Positions 32,238 through 42,284 of a stretch of DNA of 64,000 nucleotides are shown here, one piece after another. Under the pieces are notes generated by a model. It searched no databases and had not been told where the DNA came from. It saw only the letters and a program-made list of their open reading frames with translations. Position numbers and translations under genes: made by a program. How positions within the stretch are numbered: the first letter of the stretch is position 1; every line of letters begins with the position of its first letter. Source of the DNA: an uncultured Piscirickettsiaceae bacterium (lineage in GTDB: Bacteria; Pseudomonadota; Gammaproteobacteria; GCF-002020875); the NCBI GenBank assembly GCA_964551545.1, contig CAZKCT010000001.1:36065-100064 (forward strand), in the 5' to 3' direction.

Positions 32238-33397
32238 TGGAGTCCTCCATCGCGGGCGACCCGCTCCATGTAAGCGCTAAAGATGTTGAGATAGTGAGGG
32301 ATCGCCATCAGGAAGGCGTCATGGCCCTGATTGGCGGTGACCTCGGCATAGCTCACTTTGAGGTCATTATCCAGCAGGGCGCGCACCAGCTCTTTGGAGC
32401 GTGCGGGGGAGAAGCGCCAGTCGCTGGTAAAGGAGATGACACAGAAGTCTGCAGTGGTGTTACGTAGTGCGGTAGAGAGATCATTGTCATGTTTCCCAGC
32501 GGGATCAAAATAGTCGAGTGCCTTGGTCATCCGTAGATAGGTATTAGCATCGAACTTGCCAACAAAGGCGTTGGCCTGATAACGCAGATAGCTCTCGATC
32601 TGAAATTCAACATCAAAACTGTAGTTGATCTGCCCCTCGCGCAGCTCGCGGCCAAACTTCTTCCCCATCGCTTCATCGGAGAGGTAGGTGATGTGGCCCA
32701 ACATCCGGGCCAATTTGAGGCCACGCTCCGGCAGTACATCCTGCTCCTGATAACGCCCCTCGAAAAACTCGGGATCGGTTCGGATGGCCTGTCGGGCCAC
32801 CTCATTGAAGGCGATGTTTTGTGCGGTCAGTTTAGGGGCTGCTGCAATCACTACCGTGTGGCGCAACCGTTCTGGATAGCTGATGGACCACTGTAGTGCC
32901 TGCATCCCGCCAAGGCTGCCACCCACCACGGCAGCCCACTGATCAATGCCGAGGCGGTCTGCCAGTCGGGCCTGGCTATGGACCCAGTCCTCAACGGTGA
33001 CCAGTGGGAAGTCAGGCCCCCATGGCTTGCCCGTCTCCGGATTGATGGAGGTGGGGCCGGTTGAGCCATCGCAGCCCCCAAGATTGTTGATCCCGATCAC
33101 AAAGAAGCGGTTGGTGTCGATCGCTTTGCCGGGTCCAATGGCGGTCTCCCACCAGCCTGGTTTGCGATCTTTTGTGCTGTGATAGCCAGCGAGATGGTGA
33201 TTTCCGGAGAGCGCATGGCAGACCAGAATGGCGTTGTTCTTCTCTTGGTTCAGCGTGCCATAGGTCTCAACGATGAGATCGTAAGCGGGCAGTGTGACGC
33301 CACACTCCAGCGCCAGTGGTTGATCGAAGTGCAGCGTCTCTGGGGTGACGACTCCAACGCTGTTTTCCGGGATCTCTTTTTGGCTCTCTTGAGGCAT
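32234..33397 (-). CDS. metX: Homoserine O-acyltransferase MetX
   Basis: Alpha/beta hydrolase with [13 protein letters not shown] and the [10 protein letters not shown] nucleophile elbow. The ATG at 33397 gives about 387 aa. Confidence 0.85.
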   Translation of the reverse strand: MPQESQKEIPENSVGVVTPETLHFDQPLALECGVTLPAYDLIVETYGTLNQEKNNAILVCHALSGNHHLAGYHSTKDRKPGWWETAIGPGKAIDTNRFFVIGINNLGGCDGSTGPTSINPETGKPWGPDFPLVTVEDWVHSQARLADRLGIDQWAAVVGGSLGGMQALQWSISYPERLRHTVVIAAAPKLTAQNIAFNEVARQAIRTDPEFFEGRYQEQDVLPERGLKLARMLGHITYLSDEAMGKKFGRELREGQINYSFDVEFQIESYLRYQANAFVGKFDANTYLRMTKALDYFDPAGKHDNDLSTALRNTTADFCVISFTSDWRFSPARSKELVRALLDNDLKVSYAEVTANQGHDAFLMAIPHYLNIFSAYMERVARDGGLQ

Positions 33398-33494
33398 CAG
33401 AGGAGTGTAATGAGTGTGATCCAGAGGTGCAATCGATGAGGCGCTGTTTTGTTGAATGTGGTTTGTGAACCCCCCTCTGCTGATAGAGCGCGCC

Positions 33495-34067
33495 TCACCG
33501 CAGCAGGTGTGCAGCAAGATCTCGGACTGGTGCAATCACAATGAACTCAGCAAGCTTGATGCCTAATAGTGCAATAATCGGGGAGAAGTCAACGCCACCG
33601 CTGGCCGGCACCAGGCGACGAATCGGCTGCATCAATGGCTCGGTCAATTGACTGAGCATGATGATACCGGGGTGGTGTGCCCTGGGTTGAAACCAGCTCA
33701 ACACTGCAAGGACTAGAATGGACCAGAAGAGGATGCTGGTGATCAGCGAGAGAATTTCAGATCCAGCCAGGAGTGCCAGCCCCAGCGGATTGGCATTGAG
33801 GTCGCGAATCTGGGTGATGGTTAGGAGCTGGATGTATTGCAGCAGTAGCAGCAATACCAGGGAGGCGCTATCGATGCGATGGCCAGAAGGGAGGATGCGT
33901 CGTAGTGGGGCCAGTATCGGATCACTGAAACGGTTAACCATCTGTGAGATGGGGTTGTAGTAATCGACCCGCATCAGCTGGAAGAGGAAGCGTAGCAGCA
34001 TCAGCAGAATCAGAATGCCGAACAGTGCCTGCAGTAGAAAAATTCCGGCGTTGGAGGTGTGAGACAT
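33495..34067 (-). CDS. yggT: YggT-family membrane protein (tandem YGGT repeats)
   Basis: Two YGGT-like repeats, 4 TM helices, and the conserved position downstream of proC. Confidence 0.8.
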   Translation of the reverse strand: MSHTSNAGIFLLQALFGILILLMLLRFLFQLMRVDYYNPISQMVNRFSDPILAPLRRILPSGHRIDSASLVLLLLLQYIQLLTITQIRDLNANPLGLALLAGSEILSLITSILFWSILVLAVLSWFQPRAHHPGIIMLSQLTEPLMQPIRRLVPASGGVDFSPIIALLGIKLAEFIVIAPVRDLAAHLLR

Positions 34068-34069
34068 GG

Positions 34070-34933
34070 TTACTTGGACTCCTTGTCAGGGTTCTCTTGC
34101 CCCAATATTGAGGCCAGTTCTACAGAGCGATCTCGCGCGGCGGTGAGTGCCTGTTCTACCAGATCCTCAAGTCCCTGTTGCTGGAAAACCTCAATGGCGC
34201 GTTCCGTGGTGCCGCCAGGAGAGGTCACCTTTCTGCGTAACTCGCCACTGCTTTCAGGGCGTTCCAGTGCCATCTTGGCGGCGCCAAATGCGGTCTGCAG
34301 GGTGAGCATGCGTGCGGTCTCCTCGCTCAGTCCCAATTTCTGTCCAGCCGCTTCCATTGCCTCCATCAGCAGGAAGAAGTAGGCGGGGCCACTGCCGGAG
34401 ACCGCCGTGACGGCATCGATCTGTGCCTCACTCTCAAGCCAGACGGTGGTGCCTACGGCGCGCAGGATCGACTCGGCCAGGCTGCACTGTGCCTCGCTCA
34501 CCAGGGCGTTGGCGTAGAGTCCTGTGGCACCACTCTGCAGGAGGGCGGGGGTGTTGGGCATGCTGCGAACCACCGGACGGTTGCCGCCAAGCCAGCGCTC
34601 CAGATCCCCGATTCTGACACCAGCGGCAATGGAGAGGATCAGTGGCTGCTCCTCCTGTGCCGCAAGGGTGGTGCTGATTTCGTGGGCAACGCGGGCCAGC
34701 ACTTGTGGTTTGACCGCAAGCACAATCGCATCTGCATCGACAATGGCGCTGCAGTTATCTGTGAAGGGGAGGGTGCCGAATTGGGCAGCCATCGCCTGCA
34801 ACCCCTCTTCGTTGGGATCGGAGACCCGAATATTGGCGCCAGGGCAGTTTCCGGCGACCAGACCACCAATCAGGCTGTAGGCCATGTTGCCGCCACCGAT
34901 AAAGGTGATTTTCTTCTCTTCCATGGGTGCCAT
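34070..34933 (-). CDS. proC: Pyrroline-5-carboxylate reductase
   Basis: Rossmann ITFIGGGNMA and a C-terminal P5CR dimerisation domain (SPGGTTERAI). Confidence 0.9.
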   Translation of the reverse strand: MAPMEEKKITFIGGGNMAYSLIGGLVAGNCPGANIRVSDPNEEGLQAMAAQFGTLPFTDNCSAIVDADAIVLAVKPQVLARVAHEISTTLAAQEEQPLILSIAAGVRIGDLERWLGGNRPVVRSMPNTPALLQSGATGLYANALVSEAQCSLAESILRAVGTTVWLESEAQIDAVTAVSGSGPAYFFLLMEAMEAAGQKLGLSEETARMLTLQTAFGAAKMALERPESSGELRRKVTSPGGTTERAIEVFQQQGLEDLVEQALTAARDRSVELASILGQENPDKESK

Positions 34934-35132
34934 TCTAGCGACTTGACGAGGCGCTGACCAGTGTTCAGGTGGATGTTGTATAACTTATATTATAAGTCGT
35001 AATCTTCTGTTATTGCTGGAATATCAAGGGGATATGATTTACCATTAGGGGCTATTTTTTGTGGGGATGGCGGAGTCCGAGACCCTGTAGTAACTGATCA
35101 GGTGAATCCAGCTATATGAGGGCACTTCAAAT

Positions 35133-36104
35133 ATGAAAGAGCGTTGGCGCTCGTTACTTCTGCTGGTTGCGTTGCTCCTCTCTTTCGGGGCGACCGGAGT
35201 TGAGGATGGCTCACGCTGTCTGGTGGTCTACTCCTACCATACCGGTTATGCATGGAACGATGCAGTCGATCAGGCGTTGCGCCGGGGGCTGGAAGGGCAT
35301 TGTGAGCTGCGCCCGTTCTATATGGACTCCAAACGCAACCCTAATCCGACCTATCTGCAAGAGAAGGCGGCTGAGGTGGTGGCGCTGATCGAATCCTGGT
35401 CTCCGGATGTGGTGATTGCCGTTGATGACAATGCTTCCAAATATGTGGTGGTGCCCCATCTCAAGGGGCGTGAATTGCCGGTCGTTTTTTGTGGGCTGAA
35501 TGGCGCTGCAGAGGAGTATGGCTATCCATTGTCCAATACCACCGGAATGATGGAGGTGTCGCCTGTTGAGCCGCTATTGCTGACTGCCACGCGAATCATG
35601 AATCTGTCGACTTCGGGTATGCGCGCGCACTTGATTGATGGTGATCGCCTCAGTGCCCATAAGGTTCATCGTAGTATGCAGCGTGTGTTGGCGCAGTGGG
35701 GCGGGGCACTGGAGCCTCATTTTGTACAGAACTTCGAGGAGTGGAAGGCGGCCTACCGAGCATCGCAATCCGGTGACCTGGTGGTGTTGGTGAATAATGC
35801 CGGGATTGAAGGATGGGATCAGAAAGAGGCAGAGTCATTTGTGCGCCAGTATGGTGCGACCATGAGCGTCTCCAATAATCGCTGGATGCGGACATTGGCC
35901 GCACTGACCTTTGCGAAGTTGCCTGAGGAGCAGGGAGAGTGGTCAGCTGCAGCGGTCAAACGGATTCTTAGAGGGACTCCAGTCTCCCAGATTCCATTAG
36001 TGACCAACCGTCGCTGGAAGAGCTATGCCAGTCAGTCGCTGGTCTCAAGAATCGGGGTAAAATTTCCAGTGACGTTACAGCGCCGAGTTGAGTGGATTAA
36101 ATAG
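35133..36104 (+). CDS. PF04392-like ABC-transporter-type periplasmic substrate-binding protein (putative co-sensor)
   Basis: Signal peptide. The N-terminal VVYSYHTGYAWND block resembles the ABC_sub_bind (PF04392) family. It lies upstream of a hybrid sensor kinase. Confidence 0.55.
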   Translation: MKERWRSLLLLVALLLSFGATGVEDGSRCLVVYSYHTGYAWNDAVDQALRRGLEGHCELRPFYMDSKRNPNPTYLQEKAAEVVALIESWSPDVVIAVDDNASKYVVVPHLKGRELPVVFCGLNGAAEEYGYPLSNTTGMMEVSPVEPLLLTATRIMNLSTSGMRAHLIDGDRLSAHKVHRSMQRVLAQWGGALEPHFVQNFEEWKAAYRASQSGDLVVLVNNAGIEGWDQKEAESFVRQYGATMSVSNNRWMRTLAALTFAKLPEEQGEWSAAAVKRILRGTPVSQIPLVTNRRWKSYASQSLVSRIGVKFPVTLQRRVEWIK

Positions 36105-36131
36105 CGGACCAGAGAGACTGAGATAGAGGCG

Positions 36132-37106
36132 ATGATCAAAAAACAGTTATTGACCATACTGCTGCTGTGTCCGTTGGTGGTGCGTGCTGAGGCGCTTGAT
36201 CCGCTGGTGATGCAGCTTCATTGGGTCACTCAGACCCAGTTTGCTGGTTACTACGTGGCCCTTGATCGAGGACTCTACGAAAAGCATGGGCTGGATGTGA
36301 CGATCCTCTCCAGCGGCCCCAATCTCACACCTTCAAAAAATCTGCAATCGGGTCGAGTGGATGTGATTATCGATTGGCTTCCCAATGCGCTGGTACGGCG
36401 GGAGCAGGGGGCACCAATTGTGCAGATTGCGCAGATTTTTGATCACTCCGGTTACGTTCTCGCCTGTCGCAAGGACCATGGTGTAGAGAAGCTGGAGGAC
36501 CTGGATGGCAAGCGGATCGGCTCCTGGTTTGTCGGGGATGAGGAGAACATCATGGCGCTGCTGCGTGAGGTGGGGATTAATGCCGATATCTATCAACAGA
36601 ATTTTGATGTGACTGGCCTGGTGCGTGGGGAGACGGACTGTATTTCGACCATGCGCTATAACGAGTATCTACAGGTTTTGAATGAGGGAATGAGGGAAGA
36701 GGAGATCACTGCTTTTGATTTTGATCGCCTTGGATACGCTACGTTAGAGGATGGGCTCTATGTGTTGGAGTCAAGCCTTGAAGATCCTCAGATACGGGAT
36801 CGCCTGGTGCGCTTTATCGCGGCAACCATTGAGGGGTGGGAATATACGATAGAGCATCCAAAAGAGGCGCTGGAGATTGTGCTCGACCATGACCCAATTG
36901 GTTCACTGGATGAGCATCACCAATGGCGGATGTTGGAGCAGGTTCTGCAGTTGCTCCATGCGGATCGTGGCCAGATTGGCCATCTGCGCCCGGAGGCCTA
37001 TCAGCAGACCATCAAGCTGCTGCTCGATAGTCGCCAGTTGCTTTATTCACCGGTTAATGCAGTGAACGACCAGCTCTGGAAAGAGGCGCGCCAGCTGATT
37101 CGCTGA
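36132..37106 (+). CDS. NMT1/THI5-like (SsuA/TauA-type) periplasmic substrate-binding protein
   Basis: Signal peptide. LDPLVMQLHWVTQTQFAGYYVALDRGLYEKHGLDV is typical of NMT1-like binding proteins. Confidence 0.65.
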   Translation: MIKKQLLTILLLCPLVVRAEALDPLVMQLHWVTQTQFAGYYVALDRGLYEKHGLDVTILSSGPNLTPSKNLQSGRVDVIIDWLPNALVRREQGAPIVQIAQIFDHSGYVLACRKDHGVEKLEDLDGKRIGSWFVGDEENIMALLREVGINADIYQQNFDVTGLVRGETDCISTMRYNEYLQVLNEGMREEEITAFDFDRLGYATLEDGLYVLESSLEDPQIRDRLVRFIAATIEGWEYTIEHPKEALEIVLDHDPIGSLDEHHQWRMLEQVLQLLHADRGQIGHLRPEAYQQTIKLLLDSRQLLYSPVNAVNDQLWKEARQLIR

Positions 37107-39943
37107 TGACGTTTTCCATTCGTCAACGTCTTGTATTCGCCTTTGGGGGAATGAGTGCCCTGACACTGGTGATTACGGTGCTGGTTTGGTCCTCGTTTGA
37201 TGAGGTCTCTACCTCGCATCAGCAGACTTTAGCCGACACTATTCCGTTGACAGTCGAGGCGGACAAGCTGATCATTTCTGTGCAGCGGCTGGTGAAAATG
37301 GCCTCGCAGCTGAAGTCGATCTCTACTGAGGTGGATCACTGGGAGCGGCTATTTGATATTGATCAGCAGGAGCAGTTGATCAAGAATCAGTTTCAGAACC
37401 TGTTCCATGATGCGCCGGATAGTTTTCAGCCAGTCTCGACCTCGCTGGAACAGGTGTTGGATCAGTTGAAACTCAATATTTATGAGATCGATGCTCATAT
37501 TCAGAAGATCATCGGACTCAATCGGCAACGAACTGAGCTGGCGGAGAAGATTCAGAAGACTCAGCGTCAGTTCCTTGCGGTGATGGCGCCTTTGATTAAC
37601 CTGGCGCTGACAGAGTTGACGGCAGAAAAGGTAGAGCCTCGGGAGCAGTCCCGCAAGATCGATCGGCTGACACGGCTCTATTCTGCACTTTCGGCAGGGA
37701 ATCAACTTAGTCAGGATCTCCACTCCGTACTGCTGTCTGAGAAGAGGGTACAGCTCCAGACGATGGAGCGCCGGGTGAGTCGTACCATTCGTCGTATCCG
37801 CCGTAACTTGCGAGGGGTGGAGGGGCACGAGAAGACGGTTACCCCAGTGCTGGATCGATTCCAGACGCTCTCTTCCGCATTTGAGTTGCAACAGAAGCGG
37901 CTGGATGCAGAGAAGAAAGAGCAGAAGCTGGGAGAGAGAATGGCGCAGTTGGAGGACAATATTGCGCATCAGGTGGCGCGACTGATCCGGATCTCCCAGC
38001 AGCGTGTGGTTCAAAGCACCGATGAGACTGGAGCGCTGCTGCGACAGGCGCGTAATGTATCGGTGCTGTTTGCGGTATTGGTGCTGCTGGTTGCACTGTT
38101 CAGTGGTTGGTATGTTCATCGACAAGTGGGTGGGGGGCTGCAGCGGATCATCCGTTCAACCCGGCGCCTCACCACTGGAAAGCTGGATCTGGAGATTCCG
38201 GATCGTGGGCGTCAGGATGAGTTGGGGGAGATGGCCAATGCGCTAGAAGTGTTCCGGCAGCAGGCGATGGAGCGTGATGAGTTGACCGGTCGACTCAATC
38301 GCCATCAACAGCAGTTGGAGCAGCGGGTGGAGGAACGCACCAAGGATCTGCAGTTGGAGATCGAGAAGCATCTGAGGACAACCAAGCAGCTTGAGCAGAG
38401 CAACCGCTACAAGTCAGAGTTCCTGGCCAATATGAGTCATGAGATTCGTACCCCGATGAATGCCATTATCGGGTTTGGAGATCTGGCACAGGCGCTGCCT
38501 AGCTCTAGTGAGATGAAGAAGTATATCGACCATATTCAGGTCGCCTCGCGCTCTCTGCTGACCATCATCAACGATATTCTCGACTTCTCGAAGATTGAGG
38601 CGGGCAAGCTCGAGGTGGAGGCGCGCCCATTTGAGCTGGATCAGTTGCGGCATAATGTGGAGGCGATTCTCTCCGGTCAGGCTGAGAAGAAGGGGTTGGA
38701 GCTCCGCTGTCAGATTGATCCTGGCCTACCCGATTGGCTGTTAGGAGACCTCTCAAGAATTACGCAGGTGGTGATCAATCTGGGCAGTAATGCGATCAAG
38801 TTTACTGACAAGGGGCTGGTTGAGGTGAGCTGTCAGCGCAGTGAGGAGCATCCGGGGATGATTCGCATTGCGGTGAGAGATCAGGGGATTGGGATTGCCA
38901 AAGAGCACCTGGAGCGCATCTTTGAGTCCTTCTCACAGGCAGATGGTTCCATCAGCCGGACCTTTGGCGGGACAGGGCTTGGGCTGGCAATCAGCAAGCA
39001 GTTGGTCTCATTGATGGGCGGTGAGATCTCAGTCGAGAGCCGAGAGGGTGAGGGGAGTCTCTTCTCCTTTACTATTCCCTATCGTCCAATCGCGCCGAAT
39101 CAGACCTTGGTAGCGGATGAAGAGAAGGGGATATCAGTTGAGGAGAGTGGCGTGCTTGAAGGGCTGACGCTGCTGCTGGTGGAGGATAATCCGACCAATC
39201 AGCTATTGGCGGTGACGCTTCTGGAGGGGGTTGGAATTGAGGTTGATGTTGCTGCAAACGGGGAGGAGGCGGTTCATCAGGTGATGGAGAAGCACTATGA
39301 TCTGGCGTTGATGGATCTTCATATGCCGGTGATGAATGGTCTGGAGGCAACCCGGTTCATCCGTAAGCGGTTTGATGTGGATCAGCTGCCGATTATTGCA
39401 ATGACCGCCAATGTGATGGAGCAGCATCGCCGGGAAGCAATGGAGGCAGGTTTCAATGACTATCTGACCAAGCCGATTGATCAAGATTTGCTCTATCAGG
39501 CGTTGGCAAAGTGGGGAAGAAAAGTGGAGAGTAAAGCGGTGGAATCGCCGCAGTCCTTGCTCTCTCAGCGTGAAGAGGATCCGTTGGCGCCACTGCGAGA
39601 GGCATTACCACTATTCAATGTGGAGTTGTTGGCGCATTTGGTTGGGGAAGAGCCAGAGATCATGCGGGAGATCTATCTTCAGTTTCAGCAAGATACTCGG
39701 GAAGAGCTGGGGCTGATCCGTCGGGCGTTGGAGGATAAGGATACTGTCGCCCTGTCGCGGCCAATCCATACCATCAAGGGTATTGCGGCCAATGTGGGGT
39801 GTGTTGCAGTGCAGCAGCGAGCTCAGGCATTGGAACTGCTCTTGGAGCAGGAGGGGCAAGAGGAGCAGGTGATTGCTGAAGCGTGCCTGCTGGTAGAGCA
39901 AGTGGAAGAGGCGCAGCATCAGGTCGCATCACTACAGGAATAA
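37106..39943 (+). CDS. Hybrid sensor histidine kinase (TM/HAMP, HisKA, HATPase, REC, HPt)
   Basis: H-box NMSHEIRTPMNAIIGF. G-boxes GGTGLGLAIS. Receiver LLLVEDNPTNQ...DLALMDLHMP. C-terminal HPt HTIKGIAANVG. Confidence 0.85.
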   Translation: MTFSIRQRLVFAFGGMSALTLVITVLVWSSFDEVSTSHQQTLADTIPLTVEADKLIISVQRLVKMASQLKSISTEVDHWERLFDIDQQEQLIKNQFQNLFHDAPDSFQPVSTSLEQVLDQLKLNIYEIDAHIQKIIGLNRQRTELAEKIQKTQRQFLAVMAPLINLALTELTAEKVEPREQSRKIDRLTRLYSALSAGNQLSQDLHSVLLSEKRVQLQTMERRVSRTIRRIRRNLRGVEGHEKTVTPVLDRFQTLSSAFELQQKRLDAEKKEQKLGERMAQLEDNIAHQVARLIRISQQRVVQSTDETGALLRQARNVSVLFAVLVLLVALFSGWYVHRQVGGGLQRIIRSTRRLTTGKLDLEIPDRGRQDELGEMANALEVFRQQAMERDELTGRLNRHQQQLEQRVEERTKDLQLEIEKHLRTTKQLEQSNRYKSEFLANMSHEIRTPMNAIIGFGDLAQALPSSSEMKKYIDHIQVASRSLLTIINDILDFSKIEAGKLEVEARPFELDQLRHNVEAILSGQAEKKGLELRCQIDPGLPDWLLGDLSRITQVVINLGSNAIKFTDKGLVEVSCQRSEEHPGMIRIAVRDQGIGIAKEHLERIFESFSQADGSISRTFGGTGLGLAISKQLVSLMGGEISVESREGEGSLFSFTIPYRPIAPNQTLVADEEKGISVEESGVLEGLTLLLVEDNPTNQLLAVTLLEGVGIEVDVAANGEEAVHQVMEKHYDLALMDLHMPVMNGLEATRFIRKRFDVDQLPIIAMTANVMEQHRREAMEAGFNDYLTKPIDQDLLYQALAKWGRKVESKAVESPQSLLSQREEDPLAPLREALPLFNVELLAHLVGEEPEIMREIYLQFQQDTREELGLIRRALEDKDTVALSRPIHTIKGIAANVGCVAVQQRAQALELLLEQEGQEEQVIAEACLLVEQVEEAQHQVASLQE

Positions 39944-39944
39944 T

Positions 39945-39978
39945 TCCTGACTGAAACAGTCAGGAAAAATCCTTTTCA
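39945..39978 (+). terminator. Candidate intrinsic terminator after the hybrid histidine kinase
   Basis: CCTGACTG, loop AAA, CAGTCAGG, followed by an A/T-rich tract. Confidence 0.45.
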
Positions 39979-40041
39979 TTTGGAAGGAGGGTGGTACAAT
40001 TCCAAATTATTCAATGATGAGTGAAAGAGGTTTGTAGAATC

Positions 40042-40407
40042 ATGGCAACAGCAGTAACGGACGAATTCAAGGTTTCTAGTGACGCACAGCAGCAGTTGGC
40101 GGCGCTACTTCAGTCTGAAAGTAATGAAGAGATTAAAGGTGTGCGCATCTACGTTGCCGGCAACGGCTGTAGTGGTGTGCAGTGGGGAATGACTTTTGCA
40201 GATAGCGTGACCGAGAGTGATGCCGTGCTGGAGTCTAGTGACCTCAATATCTATGTAGATCCTCAGTGCCTGGCCACTCTGGATGGCGTGGAGATTGACT
40301 ACGTCAATGGTCCACAAGGTCCCAGTTTTGTTTTCAATAATACCAAGGCCCCAGAGGGTGGTGGTTGTGGCACCTGTGGCTCTGCAGGGGCAGGGGGCTG
40401 TTCATAA
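40042..40407 (+). CDS. HesB/IscA-family A-type Fe-S carrier-like protein with a Gly/Cys-rich C-terminus
   Basis: Collinear with IscA (GVRIYVAGNGCSGVQWGM ~ RTSGCSGMAY; LDGVEIDYV ~ LDGTQLDFV). The C-terminal CGCG motif is replaced by GGGCGTCGSAGAGGCS. Confidence 0.6.
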   Translation: MATAVTDEFKVSSDAQQQLAALLQSESNEEIKGVRIYVAGNGCSGVQWGMTFADSVTESDAVLESSDLNIYVDPQCLATLDGVEIDYVNGPQGPSFVFNNTKAPEGGGCGTCGSAGAGGCS

Positions 40408-40433
40408 AGCGGCACGCAGTCTTTGCGGACCAG

Positions 40434-40460
40434 AAAAGCCGGGCTAAGGCCCGGTTTTTT
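40434..40460. terminator. Bidirectional rho-independent terminator between the IscA-like gene and hemJ
   Basis: AAAA, CCGGGC, loop TAAG, GCCCGG, TTTTTT. Confidence 0.8.
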
Positions 40461-40479
40461 GTGGTCTGAATGTGTACCC

Positions 40480-40980
40480 CTAAAAAGGTTTGGCAACCAC
40501 CAGAATCACGACGCCAATCAGCAACAGCGTTGGGATCTCGTTGAAGAGCCGGTAGAAGGTGTGGGGTCGCTGGTTCTCATTCTGTCGAAAGAGCAGCAGG
40601 TAGCGCCAACAGAAGTAGTGGAAGAGCAAGAGCAGAAGCACCAGCCCCAGTTTGGCCCAGAGCCAGAGGGGAATTGTCCATTGCCAGAGGTCGATCATCC
40701 AGAGGCCAGCCAGTAGCGTCAGTATCATTGCAGGCGTCATGATGTAGTGAAATAGCTTGTGCTCCATCACCTTGAAGGTCTCATCAGTGGCAGTGTTCTC
40801 ATTGGAGGCATGGTAGACAAAGAGGCGAGGGAGATAGAAGAGGCCGGCAAACCAGGAGATCAGTGCCAGTAGGTGAATCACCTTGGCAGTGATGAAACTC
40901 TCCCGAAATAGGGTGTAGACGGTGCCGATCACAATCAGCAGTACAGTGGGTTGCAGGATACGAAGTAGAGTGCGATTCAT
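40480..40980 (-). CDS. hemJ: Protoporphyrinogen IX oxidase HemJ family (UPF0093) membrane protein
   Basis: Conserved WFAGLFYLPRLFVYH motif and 4 to 5 TM helices. Confidence 0.7.
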   Translation of the reverse strand: MNRTLLRILQPTVLLIVIGTVYTLFRESFITAKVIHLLALISWFAGLFYLPRLFVYHASNENTATDETFKVMEHKLFHYIMTPAMILTLLAGLWMIDLWQWTIPLWLWAKLGLVLLLLLFHYFCWRYLLLFRQNENQRPHTFYRLFNEIPTLLLIGVVILVVAKPF

Positions 40981-42284
40981 CTCTGGTACCTCTCAAAGAA
41001 AGATTCGGACAGCGCTCGATAGATTGGGGTTGGGCAGAGTTGCCGTGAGATGCCGAAGGCGATCAGTGCAGTGGCAATCATCGGAAGTAGCATGTGAGGG
41101 TTATCTGTCATCTCTAGCACAATAACAAAGGCGGTGATCGGTGTCTGCACCACGCCTGAGAAGTAGCCAACCATTCCCAGCATGATTGATGCGGTCAGCA
41201 GCTCCGGAGTGAACCACTGCGCCACTGCGGAACCAATCCCTGCGCCGACCGCCAATGAGGGGGCGAAGATGCCGCCAGGAATGCCGCTGATGAAGGAGGT
41301 GAATGTGGCCGCCATCTTGGTGAGTGGGTAGAGCCACCCGCTCTCCAGTTCGCCCTCCAGCAGGGCAAGGATCTCAAAATGGCCTGTGCCGTAACTGCTG
41401 TTGCCTGAGAGTAGCCCGATGGCTGCGAGTGTGACCCCACAGAGTGCCGGAATGAGGATGGGGTGGTTTCCAAAATGGGGGGCGATGGTTTGGCTGCTAC
41501 GGACCAGCAGGGTGGAGAACAGCCCCCCCAGCAGACCACCAATCGCTCCGCAGAGGAGGAGCAACGCGATACTGTCGAACGTAAATGGGAGAGAGGTGCT
41601 ATTGCTGCCGATGTAGTTATAGTCGCCAAGCAGAACCATTGCAGTGACCCCGGCAATCAGTACGGCACTGAGGATGGTGCCGCTGTTGCGCTGCTCGAAG
41701 GATCGGTTCAGTTCTTCTATGGCAAAAACGATCCCGGCCAGTGGGGTATTGAAAGCGGTAGCCACGCCAGCGGCTCCTCCAGCGAGAATCAGACCGCGCC
41801 CCATATCATAGCGGTTGAAACGTACGTGGCGGCTGATGGAGTAGAGGATGGCAGCACCAATGTGGACCATCGGCCCTTGCCGCCCCATGGATGCACCACA
41901 CAGTAGTCCAAGCAGCGCCATGATAATTTTGCCAAAGGCGATGCGAAAGGTGAGTAGTTTGGCGCGAGTCTGTTCGTGCTGAATTTCCAGTGCGGCAATG
42001 GTCTGTGGGATACCGCTCCCTTCTGCATTGGGGAAGTAGCGACGGGTCAGTAGCGAGATGGCGACCAGTCCGACTGGAGTGATCAGCAAGGGGAGCCAAG
42101 GGGTATTGTTGGCCAGTTGCCGGAATGTTGATTCCGCCTCATGAGCCAGCAGGGCAAAGAGTGCGGCGGCCAGCCCGAGCAGAAGTGCGCCGCCCCAAAA
42201 GACCCCTTGCCTTTTCCAGAATCTTCTGGAGTTGAGGCGTTGTCGGGTCTGTCGGAGGGCTCGTTGAGGCGTTTTATGGCTCAT
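40977..42284 (-). CDS. ClC-family chloride channel / H+-Cl- exchanger
   Basis: ClC selectivity motifs GSGIP, GRQGP (a GREGP variant) and GIFAP. Multi-TM. Confidence 0.8.
   Translation of the reverse strand: MSHKTPQRALRQTRQRLNSRRFWKRQGVFWGGALLLGLAAALFALLAHEAESTFRQLANNTPWLPLLITPVGLVAISLLTRRYFPNAEGSGIPQTIAALEIQHEQTRAKLLTFRIAFGKIIMALLGLLCGASMGRQGPMVHIGAAILYSISRHVRFNRYDMGRGLILAGGAAGVATAFNTPLAGIVFAIEELNRSFEQRNSGTILSAVLIAGVTAMVLLGDYNYIGSNSTSLPFTFDSIALLLLCGAIGGLLGGLFSTLLVRSSQTIAPHFGNHPILIPALCGVTLAAIGLLSGNSSYGTGHFEILALLEGELESGWLYPLTKMAATFTSFISGIPGGIFAPSLAVGAGIGSAVAQWFTPELLTASIMLGMVGYFSGVVQTPITAFVIVLEMTDNPHMLLPMIATALIAFGISRQLCPTPIYRALSESFFERYQR

Noticed and set aside
37349-38125. 258-aa ORF antisense to the hybrid kinase
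   Set aside because: It is antisense within a well-supported multi-domain kinase gene, with a Leu/Gln-rich artefactual translation.
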